From positions 29,390,001 through 29,454,000 of the forward strand of contig CM059433.1 of NCBI GenBank assembly GCA_030390025.1: a DNA stretch of 64,000 nt, given 5' to 3'. The notes beneath the pieces were generated by a model. That model had not been told where the DNA came from. It saw only the letters and a program-made list of their open reading frames with translations, and did no database searches. Below, piece by piece: positions 24,614 to 38,300 of the stretch. The translations under genes and the position numbers were made by a program. Source of the stretch: Squalus acanthias (taxonomy: Eukaryota). Each line of letters opens with the position of its first letter. The stretch's first letter is position 1.

Positions 24614-24629
24614 TATGACTCTATGACTC

Positions 24630-24787
24630 GGTCCCTTCACCTAAGTCATTGATATAGATTGTAAATAGCTGAGGTCCAAGCACTGATTCTTGCAGCACTC
24701 CACTAGTTACAGCCTAACAACCCGACACTAAGTTTTCTGTCCTTTAACCAATCCTCTATCCATGCTAATATATTACCCCCCAACCCC
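24630..24787 (-). mobile_element. Older CR1, 5' piece
   Basis: Parallels 1290-1447 and joins the satellite through shared CCA. Confidence 0.8.
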
Positions 24788-25042
24788 ACTGAACCCTCTC
24801 ACCTTGTTGCTATTGAACCCTCCCATCTTGTTACTGTTGAACCTCCCATCTTGTTGCTGTTGAACCCTCCCATCTTGTTGCTGTTGAACCTCCCATCTTG
24901 TTGCTGTTGAAACCTCCCATCTTGTTGCTATTGAACCCTCCCATCTTGTTGCTGTTGAAACCTCCCATCTTGTTGCTGTTGAACCCTCCCATCTTGTTCC
25001 ACTGAACCCTCCCATCTTGTTCCACTGAACGCTCCCATCTTG
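24788..25042. repeat. 24/23-bp satellite block (~11 units)
   Basis: Same unit as the main array. Confidence 0.95.
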
Positions 25043-26376
25043 TGTAGGATTCTCAAAATTCCCACATTTTCCCAAGTCATCAATAAGGGAACCCTTAAGG
25101 GAATGGCTTTTGGACTTTATGGCAGGAAAAATGCAAGGTTAAAGTGGGACCCTTTGATTGTTACCTGAAGCCAGACAACTTGAGGAGACAGAATACGCAT
25201 TCTTCCCTTTAAAACAATCAACCCAGGAAAAGACTTAATCTTGCACAAACCTATAGCCCATCAAAACTATGCATAAATAATCACTTACAGTTCAAACTAG
25301 CTACCGAGCCAGGAAGACAACAATTTACATTATGCATAACAAACACCCAAGACATTAAAGCCATAACAACGAGTGAAATCACCTTAAGGAGCCGCCCAAA
25401 AGTCAGACAAAGAACTAACCCTGATTTGGCGCCCAGATAAGAAATTCAAAAACAGTATAACTGTGGGCCACCAGTAACCAAACGGGGCTTGGAAAACCTC
25501 TCTGGAAGCAGCAGGAAGACCCAACATCACAGCAAGGGGGCACGGTGGGGCAGGCTCGACCGAAGACGACAAGGCCGCAACTGCAGCCCTACACAAAGAC
25601 CGACCACGAGCACCGCGGTAACCAAGGGCCGGGTAAACCATACCTTCAGATCATTACCACCACTCAGGTAATGATCTAGGCCGCCGCGACCGAGCCGACA
25701 CCAAAGACCACCAACTGGATCCCAACCGCAACAAAACTCGATGACCAGACCACCATCAGAAGAACAAAACCCGAAGTTTCCACTCTACAAGGTAAAGTAG
25801 CCAACAAAGACTTTGCTTTCCCTATTTCTAACTAAGAAAAGTGGGTACTTACCAGACAAATCCATAACCGCGCCCTACCGCATCAGCGGACTCCACCAAA
25901 CTGAGGGACCTTCGCAGATTCCACAGACCGGTACCACGTGGGGACGGCAGGGCCCAAAGGACACAAAGAGCGTACCCCAAAAATGCAACCGGCTTACCTG
26001 GCTGGATTTCGAACTGTCAAGAAACCCCTGTTGGTGAGCATGATCCCTGGCCTCTCTTAATGCAATTTAGTTAGGTTTTGGGGGTGGGACAAGGGAAAGG
26101 GGACAATTATTGTGATTTTTCCCTCGTTGTGCCGTGTGTTCCCCATTCTTAACCAAGTGTACTCTTGAATGTCTGTATAATCTAAGTGTATTTTTAATGT
26201 TATAAATTTAGTGTGACTTCAATAAACACAGTTTTCTTGCACCAAACCAGTTGTCCACTCCAATTTTGTATCGCAGCCTGTATCTAAGTCCGGAGTCGAG
26301 AACTTCAGGGGAGTGGGAATGGTTCGACCCGTCCAGACAGTCAGAGGAAAAGCTGACCCACAGGCCACCCCCTACA
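25043..26376 (+). mobile_element. Solo LTR, 1334 bp (Gypsy- or ERV-type)
   Basis: TGTAGG...CCTACA perfect 6-bp inverted ends. CTTG duplicated at 25039-25042 and 26377-26380. AATAAA at 26221. No gag/pol. Confidence 0.9.
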
Positions 26377-29300
26377 CTTGTTGCTGTTGAACCCTCCCAT
26401 CTTGTTACTGTTGAACCCTCCCATCTTGTTGCTGTTGAACACTCCCATCTTGTTACTGTTGAACCCTCCCATCTTGTTACTGTTGAACCCTCCCATCTTG
26501 TTACTGTTGAACCCTCCCATCTTGTTACTGTTGAAGCCTCCCATCTTGTTACTGTTGAACCCTCCCATCTTGTTACTGTTGAACCCTCCCACCTTGTTAC
26601 TGTTGAACCCTCCCATCTTGGTGCTGTTGAACCCACCCATCTTGTTACTGTTGAACCCTCCCATCTTGGTGCTGTTGAACCCTCCCATCTTGTTACTGTT
26701 GAACCCTCTCATCTTGGTGCTGTTGAACCCTCCCACCTTGTTGCTGTTGAACCTCCCATCTTGGTGCTGTTGAACCCTCCCATCTTGTTGCTGTTGAACC
26801 CTCCCATCTTGTTGCTGTTGAACCTCCCATCTTGGTGCTGTTGAACCCTCCCATCTTGTTACTGTTGAACCCTCCTATCTTGTTACTGTTGAACCTCCCA
26901 TCTTGTTAATGTTGAACCTCCCATCTTGTTACTGTTGAACCCTCCCAACTTGTTACCGTTGAACCCTCCCATCTTGTTACTGTTGAACCCTCCCATCTTG
27001 TTACTGTTGAACCTCCCATCTTGTTACTGTTGAACCTCACAACTTGTTACTGTTGAACCTCCCATCTTGTTACTGTTGAACCCGCCCATCTTGTTACTGT
27101 TGAATCCTCCCATCTTGTTGCCGTTGAACCTCACAACTTATTGCTGTTGAACCAGCCCATCTTGTTACTGTTGAACCTCCCATCTTGGTGCTGTTGAACC
27201 CTCCCATCTTGTTCCACTGAACCCTGCCATCTTGTTCCACTGAACCCTCCCATCTTGTTACTGTTGAACCCTCCCATCTTGTTGCTGTTGAACCCTCCCA
27301 TCTTGGTGCTGTTGAAGCCTCCCATCTTGTTGCAGTTGAACCCTCCCATCTTGTTGTTGTGGAATCCTCCCATCTTGTTGCTGTTGAACCTTCCCATCTT
27401 GTTGCTGTTGAATCCTCCCATCTTGTTACTGTTGAACCTCCCATATTGTTAATGTTGAACCCTCCCATCTTGTTACTGTTGAACCCTCCCATCTTGTTAA
27501 TGTTGAACCCTCCCATCTTGTTACCGATGAACCCTCCCATCTTGTTACTGTTGAACCCTCCCATCTTGTTACCATTGAACCCTCCCATCTTGTTGCTGTT
27601 GAATCCTCCCATCTTGTTACTGTTGAACCCTCCCATCTTGTTGCTGTTGAACCTCCCATCTTGGTGCTGTTGAATCCTCCCATCTTGTTAATGTTGAACC
27701 CTCCCATCTTGTTACCGTTGAACCCTCCCATCTTGTTACCGTTGAACCCTCCCATCTTGTTACTGTTGAACCCTCCCATCTTGTTACTGTTGAACCCTCC
27801 CATCTTGTTACTGTTGAACCCTCCCATCTTGTTACCATTGAACCATCCCATCTTGTTACTGTTGAACCCTCCCATCTTGTTGCTGTTGAACCCTCCCATC
27901 TTGGTACTGTTGAACCTCCCATCTTGTTACCGTTGAACCCTCCCATCTTGTTACTGTGGAACCCTCCCATCTTGTTGTTGTTGAACCCTCCCATCTTGTT
28001 ACTGTGGAACCCTCCCATCTTGTTACTGTTGAACCTCCCATATTGTTAATGTTGAACCCTCCCATCTTGTTACTGTTGAACCCTCCCATCTTGTTAATGT
28101 TGAACCCTCCCATCTTGTTACCGATGAACCCTCCCATCTTGTTACTGTTGAACCCTCCCATCTTGTTACCATTGAACCCTCCCATCTTGTTGCTGTTGAA
28201 TCCTCCCATCTTGTTACTGTTGAACCCTCCCATCTTGTTGCTGTTGAACCTCCCATCTTGGTGCTGTTGAATCCTCCCATCTTGTTAATGTTGAACCCTC
28301 CCATCTTGTTACCGTTGAACCCTCCCATCTTGTTACTGTTGAACCCTCCCATCTTGTTACCGTTGAACCCTCCCATCTTGTTACTGTTGAACCCTCCCAT
28401 CTTGTTACTGTTGAACCCTCCCATCTTGTTACTGTTGAACCCTCCCATCTTGTTACCATTGAACCCTCCCATCTTGTTACTGTTGAACACTCCCATCTTG
28501 TTGCTGTTGAACCCTCCCATCTTGTTGCTGTTGAACCCTCCCATCTTGTTACTGTTGAACCCTCCCATCTTGGTACTGTTGAACCTCCCATCTTGTTACT
28601 GTTGAACCCTCCCATCTTGTTGCTGTTGAACCTCCCATCTTGGTGCTGTTGAATCCTCCCATCTTGTTACTGTTGAACCTCCCATCTTGTCAATGTTGAA
28701 CCCTCCCATCTTGTTACCGTTGAACCCTCCCATCTTGTTACTGTTGAACCCTCCCATCTTGTTACCGTTAAACCCTCCCATCTTGTTACTGTTGAACCCT
28801 CCCATCTTGTTGCTGTTGAACCTCCCATCTTGTTACGTTGATCCCTCCCATCTTGTTACTGTGGAACCTCCCATCTTGTTACCGTTGAACACTCCCATCT
28901 TGTTGCTGTTGAACCTCACAACTTGTTGCTATTGAACCTCCCATCTTGTTGCTGTTGAACCTCCCATCTTGTTACTGTTGAACCTCCCATCTTGTTACTG
29001 TTGAACCCTTCCATCTTGTTACTGTTGAATCCTCCCATCTTGTTACTGTTGAACCCTCCCATCTTGTTACTGTTGAATCCTCCCATCTAGTTACTGTTGA
29101 ACCCTTCCATCTTGTTACTGTTGAACCCTCCCAACTTGTTGCTGTTGAACCTCCCATCTTGTTACCGTTGAACCCTCCCATCTTGTTACTGTTGAACCCT
29201 CCCATCTTGTTACTGTTGAATCCTCCCATCTTGTTACTGTTGAACCCTCCCATCTTGTTACTGTTGAATCCTCCCATCTTGTCACTGTTGAACCCTCCCA

Positions 29301-32300
29301 TCTTGTCACTGTTGAACCCTCCCAACTTGTTGCTGTTGAAGCCTCTCATCTTGTTGCTGTTGAACCCTCCCATCTTGTTACTGTTGAACCCTCTCATCTT
29401 CTTGCTGTTGAACCTCCCATCTTGTTACTGTTGAACTATCCCATCTTGTTACTGTTGAACCCTCCCATCTTGTTGCTGTTGAACCCTCCCATCTTGTTAC
29501 TGTTGAACCCTCCCATCTTGTTACTGTTGAACCCTCCCATCTTGTTGCTGTTGAACCCTCCCATCTTGGTGCTGTTGAACCCTCCCATCTTGTTACTGTT
29601 GAACCCTCCCATCTTGTTACTGTTGAACCCTCCCATCATGTTACTGTTGAACCCTCCCAACTTGTTGCTGTTGAACCCTCTCATCTTCTTGCTGTTGAAC
29701 CTCCCATCTTGTTACTGTTGAACCATCCCATCTTGTTACTGTTGAACCCTCCCATCTTGTTGCTGTTGAATTCTCCCATCTTGTTACTGTTGAAGCCTCC
29801 CATCTTGTTGCTGTTGAACCCTCCCATCTTGTTGCTGTTGAACCTCCCATCTTGGTGCTGTTGAACCCTCCCATCTTGTTACTGTTGAACCCTCCCATCT
29901 TGTTACTGTTGAACCTCCCATCTTGTTAATGTTGAACCTCCCATCTTGTTACTGTTGAACCCTCCCATCTTGTTACCGTTGAACCCTCCCATCTTGTTAC
30001 TGTTGAACCCTCCCATCTTGTTACTGTTGAACCCTCCCATCTTGTTGCCGTTGAACCTCACAACTTGTTACTGTTGAACCTCCCATCTTGTTACTGTTGA
30101 ACCTCACAACTTGTTACTGTTGAACCTCCCATCTTGTTGCTGTTGAACCTCCCATCTTGGTGCTGTTGAACCCTCCCATCTTGTTCCACTGAACCCTGCC
30201 ATCTTGTTCCACTGAACCCTCCCATCTTGTTGCTGTTGAACCCTCCCATCTTGGTGCTGTTGAAGCCTCCCATCTTGTTGCAGTTGAACCCTCCCATCTT
30301 GTTGTTGTGGAATCCTCCCATCTTGTTACTGTTGAACCTTCCCATCTTGTTGCTGTTGAACCCTCCCATCTTGGTGCTGTTGAATCCTCCCATCTTGTTA
30401 CTGTTGAACCTCCCATATTGTTAATGTTGAACCCTCCCATCTTGTTACCGTTGAACCCTCCCATCTTGTTACTGTTGAACCCTCCCATCTTGTTACCGTT
30501 GAACCCTCCCATCTTGTTACTGTTGAACCCTCCCATCTTGTTACTGTTGAACCCTCCCATCTTGTTACTGTTGAACCCTCCCATCTTGTTACCATTGAAC
30601 CCTCCCATCTTGTTACTGTTGAACCCTCCCATCTTGTTGCTGTTGAACCCTCCCATCTTGTTGCTGTTGAATCCTCCCATCTTGGTGCTGTTGAACCCTC
30701 CCATCTTGTTACTGTTGAACCCTCCCATCTTGGTACTGTTGAACCTCCCATCTTGTTACCGTTGAACCCTCCCATCTTGTTACTGTGGAACCTCCCATCT
30801 TGTTGCTGTTGAACCTCCCATCTTGTTGCTGTTGAACCCTCCCATCTTGTTGTTGTTGAACGCTTCCATCTTGTTACTGTTGAACTCTCCCATCTTGGTA
30901 CTGTTGAACCTCCCATCTTGTTACCGTTGAACCCTCCCAACTTGTTGCTGTTGAACCTCCCATCTTGTTACCGTTGAACCCTCCCATCTTGTTACTGTTG
31001 AACCCTCCCATCTTGTTACTGTTGAATCCTCCCATCTTGTTACTGTTGAATCCTCCCATCTTGTTGCTGTTGAACCCTCCCATCTTGTTACTGTTGAACC
31101 CTCCCATCTTGTTGCTGTTGAACCCTCCCATCTTGTTACTGTTGAACCCTCCATCTTGTTACTGTTGAACCCTCCCATCTTGTTACTGTTGAACCCTCCC
31201 ATCTTGTTGCTGTTGAACCCTCCCATCTTGGTGCTGTTGAACCTCCCATCTTGTTACTGTTGAACCTCCCATCTTGTTACTGTTGAACCCTCCCATCTTG
31301 TTACTGTTGAACCTCCCATCTTGTTACTGTTGAATCCTCCCATCTTGTTGCTGTTGAACCCTCCCATCTTGGTGCTGTTGAACCCTCCCATCTTGTTCCA
31401 CTGAACCCTGCCATCTTGTTCCACTGAACCCTCCCATCTTGTTACTGTTGAACCCTCCCATCTTGTTGCTGTTGAACCCTCCCATCTTGGTGCTGTTGAA
31501 GCCTCCCATCTTGTTGCAGTTGAACCCTCCCATCTTGTTACTGTTGAATCCTCCCATCTTGTTACCGTTGAACCCTCCCATCTTGTTACTGTTGAACCCT
31601 CCCATCTTGTTGCTGTTGAATCCTCCCATCTTGTTACTGTTGAACCCTCCCATCTTGTTACTGTTGAACCCTCCCATCTTGTTACTGTTGAACCCTCCCA
31701 TCTTGTTACCGTTGAACCCTCCCATCTTGTTACTGTTGAACCCTCCCATCTTGTTACTGTTGAACCCTCCCATCTTGTTACTGTTGAACCCTCCCATCTT
31801 GTTACTGTTGAACCCTCCCATCTTGTTACTGTTGAACCCTCCCATCTTGTTACTATTGAACCCTCCCATCTTGTTACTGTTGAACCCTCCCATCTTGTTG
31901 CTGTTGAACCCTCCCATCTTGTTGCTGTTGAATCCTCCCATCTTGTTACTGTTGAACCCTCCCATCTTGGTGCTGTTGAACCCTCCCATCTTGTTACTGT
32001 TGAACCCTCCCATCTTGGTACTGTTGAACCTCCCATCTTGTTACCGTTGAACCCTCCCATCTTGTTACTGTGGACCCTCCCATCTTGTTGCTGTTGAACC
32101 TCCCATCTTGTTGCTGTTGAACCCTCCCATCTTGTTGCTGTTGAACGCTCCCATCTTGTTACTGTTGAACCCTCCCATCTTGGTACTGTTGAACCTCCCA
32201 TCTTGTTACCGTTGAACCCTCCCAACTTGTTGCTGTTGAACCTCCCATCTTGTTACCGTTGAACCCTCCCATCTTGTTACTGTTGAACCCTCCCATCTTG

Positions 32301-35300
32301 TTACTGTTGAACCTGCCGATCTTGTTACTGTTGAACCCTCCCATCTTGTTACTGTTGAACCTTCCCATCTTGGTGCTGTTGAATCCTCCCATCTTGTTAC
32401 TGTTGAACCTCCCATATTGTTAATGTTGAACCCTCCCATCTTGTTACCGTTGAACCCTCCCATCTTGTTAATGTTGAACCCTCCCATCTTGTTACCGTTG
32501 AACCCTCCCATCTTGTTACTGTTGAACCCTCCCATCTTGTTACCGTTGAACCCTCCCATCTTGTTGCTGTTGAATCCTCCCATCTTGTGACTGTTGAACC
32601 CTCCCATCTTGTTGCTGTTGAACCTCCCATCTTGGTGCTGTTGAATCCTCCCATCTTGTTACTGTTGAACCTCCCATCTTGTTACTGTTGTACCCTCCCA
32701 TCTTGTTACCATTGAACCCTCCCATCTTGTTACTGTTGAACCCTCCCATCTTGTTGCTGTTGAATCCTCCCATCTTGTTACTGTTGAACCCTCCCATCTT
32801 GGTACTGTTGAACCTCCCATCTTATTACCGTTGAACCCTCCCATCTTGTTACTGTGGAACCTCCCATCTTGTTGCTGTTGAACCTCCCATCTTGTTACCG
32901 TTGAACCCTCCCATCTTGTTACTGTGGAACCTCCCATCTTGTTACCGTTGAACCCTCCCATCTTGTTGCTGTTGAACCCTCCCATCTTGTTGTTGTTGAA
33001 CCCTCCCATCTTGTTACTGTTGAACCCTCCCATCTTGGTACTGTTGAACCTCCCATCTTGTTACCGTTGAACCCTCCCATCTTGTTACTGTTGAACCCTC
33101 CCATCTTGTTACCGTTGAACCCTCCCATCTTGTTACTGTTGAACCCTCCCATCTTGTTGCTGTTGAACCTCACAACTTGTTGCTATTGAACCTCCCATCT
33201 TGTTGCTGTTGAACCTCCCATCTTGTTACTGTTGAACCTCCCATCTTGTTACTGTTGAACCCTCCCATCTTGTTACTGTTGAATCCTCCCATCTTGTTAC
33301 TGTTGAACCCTCCCATCTTGTTACTGTTGAACCCTTCCATCTTGTTACTGTTGAACCCTCCCAACTTGTTGCTGTTGAACCTCCCATCTTGTTACCGTTG
33401 AACCCTCCCATCTTGTTACTGTTGAACCCTCCCATCTTGTTACTGTTGAATCCTCCCATCTTGTTACTGTTGAACCCTCCCATCTTGTTACTGTTGAATC
33501 CTCCCATCTTGTTGCTGTTGAACCCTCCCATCTTGTCACTGTTGAACCCTCCCAACTTGTTGCTGTTGAAGCCTCTCATCTTGTTGCTGTTGAACCCTCC
33601 CATCTTGTTACTGTTGAACCCTCTCATCTTCTTGCTGTTGAACCTCCCATCTTGTTACTGTTGAACGATCCCATCTTGTTACTGTTGAACCCTCCCATCT
33701 TGTTGCTGTTGAACCCTCCCATCTTGTTACTGTTGAACCCTCCCATCTTGTTACTGTTGAACCCTCCCATCTTGTTGCTGTTGAACCCTCCCATCTTGGT
33801 GCTGTTGAACCCTCCCATCTTGTTACTGTTGAACCCTCCCATCTTGTTACTGTTGAACCCTCCCATCATGTTACTGTTGAACCCTCCCAACTTGTTGCTG
33901 TTGAACCCTCTCATCTTCTTGCTGTTGAACCTCCCATCTTGTTACTGTTGAACCATCCCATCTTGTTACTGTTGAACCCTCCCATCTTGTTACTGTTGAA
34001 CCCTCCCATCTTGTTACTGTTGAACCCTCCCATCTTGTTGCTGTTGAACCCTCCCATCTTGTTACTGTTGAACCCGCCCATCTTGTTACTGTTGAACCCT
34101 CCCATCTTGTTACTGTTGAACCCTCCCATCTTGTTACTGTTGAACCCTCCCATCTTGGTGCTGTTGAACCCTCCCATCTTGTTACTGTTGAACCGTCCCA
34201 TCTTGTTACTGTTGAATCTCCCATTTTGTTACTGTTGAACCCTCCCATCTTGTTACTGTTGAATCTCCCATCTTGTTACTCTTAAAACCTCCCATCTTGT
34301 TACTGTTGAACCTCCCATCTTGGTGCTGTTGAATACTACCATCTTGTTACAGTTGAACCCCCCCCATCTTGTTGCCGTTGAACCTCACAACTTGTTGCTA
34401 TTGAACCTCCCGTCTTGTTACTGTTGAACCTCACAACTTGTTGCTGTTGAACCTCCCATCTTGATACTGTTGAACCCTCCCATCTTGTTACAGTTGAATC
34501 CTCCCATCTTGTTACTGTCGAACCCTCCCATCTTGTTGCACTGAACCTCCCATCTTGTTACTGTTGAAACCTCCCATCTTGTTACTGTTGAACCTCCCAT
34601 CTTGTTACTGTTGAACCTCACATCTTGTTACTGTTGAACCCTCCCATCTTGTTACTGTTGAACCTCCCATCTTGTTCCTGTTGGACCCTCCCATCTTGTT
34701 ACTGTTGAATCCTCCCATCATGTTGCTGGTGAACCCTCCCATCTTGTTACTGTTGAATCCTCCCATCTTGTTACTGTTGAACCCTCCCATCTTATTGTTT
34801 GTTGAACAATCCCATCTTGTTACTGTTGAACCTCCCATCTTGGTGCTGTTGGACCCTCCCATCTTGTTACCATTGAACCCTACCATCTTGTTACTCTTGA
34901 ACCCTCCCATCTTGTTGCTGTTGAACCTCCCATCTTGTTACCGTTGGACCCTCCCATCTTGTTACCATTGAACCCTCCCATGTTGTTACTCTTGAACACT
35001 CCCATCTTGTTACTGTTGAACCCTCCCATCTTGTTGCCGTCACATATTGTTACTGTTGAACCTCCCATCTTGTTACTGTTGAACCCTCCCATCTTGTTAC
35101 CGCTGGACCCTCCCATCTTGTTACCATTGAACCCTCCCATGTTGTTACTCTTGAACACTCCCATCTTGTTACTGTTGAACCCTCCCATCTTGTTGCCGTC
35201 ACATATTGTTACTGTTGAATCCTCCCATCTTGTTACTGTTGAACCCTCCCATCTTGTTGCTGTTGAACCCTCCCATCTTGTTGCCGTTGAACCTCACAAC

Positions 35301-38300
35301 TTGTTACTGTTGAACCTCCCATCTTGTGACTGTTGAACCCTCCCATATTGTTACTGTTGAACCTCCCATCTTGTTACCGTTGAACCCTCCCAACTTGTTG
35401 CTGTTGAACCTCCCATCTTGTTACCGTTGAACCCTCCCATCTTGTTACTGTTGAACCCTCCCATCTTGTTACTGTTGAATCCTCCCATCTTGTTACTGTT
35501 GAACACTCCCATCTTGTTACTGTTGAATCCTCCCATCTTGTTGCTGTTGAACCCTCCCATCTTGTCACTGTTGAACCCTCCCAACTTGTTGCTGTTGAAC
35601 CCTCCCATCTTGTTACTGTTGAACCCGCCGATCTTGTTACTGTTGAACCCTCCCATCTTGTTACTGTTGAACCTTCCCATCTTGTTGCTGTTGAACCCTC
35701 CCATCTTGGTGCTGTTGAATCCTCCCATCTTGTTACTGTTGAACCTCCCATATTGTTAATGTTGAACCCTCCCATCTTGCTACCGTTGAACCCTCCCATC
35801 TTGTTAATGTTGAACCCTCCCATCTTGTTACCGTTGAACCCTCCCATCTTGTTACTGTTGAACCCTCCCATCTTGTTACCGTTGAACCCTCCCATCTTGT
35901 TGCTGTTGAATCCTCCCATCTTGTTACTGTTGAACCCTCCCATCTTGGTACTGTTGAACCTCCCATCTTGTTACCGTTGAACCCTCCCATCTTGTTACTG
36001 TGGAACCTCCCATCTTGTTGCTGTTGAACCTCCCATCTTGTTGCTGTTGAACCCTCCCATCTTGTTGTTGTTGAACGCTCCCATCTTGTTACTTTTGAAC
36101 CCTCCCATCTTGGTACTGTTGAACCTCCCATCTTGTTACCGTTGAACCCTCCCAACTTGTTGCTGTTGAACCTCCCATCTTGTTACCGTTGAACCCTCCC
36201 ATCTTGTTACTGTTGAACCCTCCCATCTTGTTACTGTTGAATCCTCCCATCTTGTTACTGTTGAACACTCCCATCTTGTTACTGTTGAATCCTCCCATCT
36301 TGTTGCTGTTGAACCCTCCCATCTTGTTACTGTTGAACCCTCCCATCTTGTTGCTGTTGAACCCTCCCATCTTGTTACTGTTGAAACCGCCGATCTTGTT
36401 ACTGTTGAACCCTCCCATCTTGTTACTGTTGAACCTCCCATCTTGTTGCTGTTGAACCCTCCCATCTTGGTGCTGTTGAATCCTCCCATCTTGTTACTGT
36501 TGAACCTCCCATATTGTTAATGTTGAACCCTCCCATCTTGTTACTGTTGAACCCTCCCATCTTGTTACTGTTGAACCCTCCCATCTTGTTACTGTTGAAC
36601 CCTCCCATCTTGTTACTGTTGAACCCTCCCATCTTGTTACTGTTGAACCCTCCCATCTTGTTACTGTTGAACCTCCCATCTTGTTACTGTTGAACCTCCC
36701 ATCTTGTTGCTGTTGAACCCTCCCATCTTGTTGCTGTTGAACCCTCCCATCTTGTTACTGTTGAACCTCCCATCTTGTTACTGTTGAACCCTCCCATCTT
36801 GTTACTGTTGAACCCTCCCATCTTGTTACTGTTGAACCTCCCATCTTGTTACTGTTGAACCCTCCCATCTTGTTACTGTTGAACCCTCCCATCTTGTTAC
36901 TGTTGAACCCTCCCATCTTGTTACTGTTGAACCTCCCATCTTGTTACTGTTGAACCCTCCCATCTTGTTACTGTTGAACCTCCCATCTTGTTACTGTTGA
37001 ACCCTCCCATCTTGTTACTGTTGAACCTCCCATCTTGTTACTGTTGAATCTCCCATTTGTTACTGTTGAACCCTCCCATCTTGTTACTGTTGAATCTCCC
37101 ATCTTGTTACTCTTAAAACCTCCCATCTTGTTACTGTTGAACCTCCCATCTTGGTGCTGTTGAATACTACCATCTTGTTACTGTTGAACCCTCCCATCTT
37201 GTTGCTGTTGAAACTCCCATCTTGTTACAGTTGAACCCCCCCATCTTGTTGCCGTTGAACCTCACAACTTGTTGCTATTGAACCTCCCGTCTTGTTACTG
37301 TTGAACCTCACAACTTGTTGCTGTTGAACCTCCCATCTTGATACTGTTGAACCCTCCCATCTTGTTACAGTTGAATCCTCCCATCTTGTTACTGTCGAAC
37401 CCTCCCATCTTGTTGCACTGAACCTCCCATCTTGTTACTGTTGAACCCTCCCATCTTGTTACTGTTGAACCCTCCCATCTTGTTACTGTTGAACCCTCCC
37501 ATCTTGTTGCTGTTGAATCCTCCCATCTTGTTACTTGCTTGAACCTCCCATCTTGTGCTGTTGAACCCTCCCATCTTGTACGTTGAACCTCCATCTTGTG
37601 TGAACCCTCCCATCTTGTTACTGTTGAACCTCCCATCTTGTGCTGTTGAACCTCCCATCTTGTTACTGTTGAACCCCCCATCTTGTTACTGTTGAACCTC
37701 CCTCTTTACGTTGAACCCCCATCTGTTACGAACCCTCCATCTTGTTACTTGAACCCTCCCATCTTGTTTACTGTTGAACCCTCCCATCTTGTTACTGTTG
37801 AACCCTCCCATCTTGTTGCTGTTGAACCCTCCCATCTTGTTACTGTTGAACCTCCCATCTTGTTACTGTTGAACCCTCCCATCTTGTTACTGTTGAACCT
37901 CCCATCTTGTTACTGTTGAACCTCCCATCTTGTTACTGTTGAACCCTCCATCTTGTTACTGTTGAACCCTCCCATCTTGTTGCTGTTGAACCCTCCCATC
38001 TTGTTGCTGTTGAACCCTCCCATCTTGTTGCTGTTGAATCCTCCCATCTTGTTGCTGTTGAACCCTCCCATCTTGTTACTGTTGAACCCTCCCATCTTGT
38101 TGCTGTTGAACCCTCCCATCTTGTTACTGTTGAACCCTCCCATCTTGTTGCTGTTGAACCCTCCCATCTTGTTACTGTTGAACCCTCCCATCTTGTTGCT
38201 GTTGAACCCTCCCATCTTGTTACTGTTGAACCCTCCCATCTTGTTACTGTTGAACCCTCCCATCTTGTTACTGTTGAACCTCCCATCTTGTTGCTGTTGA

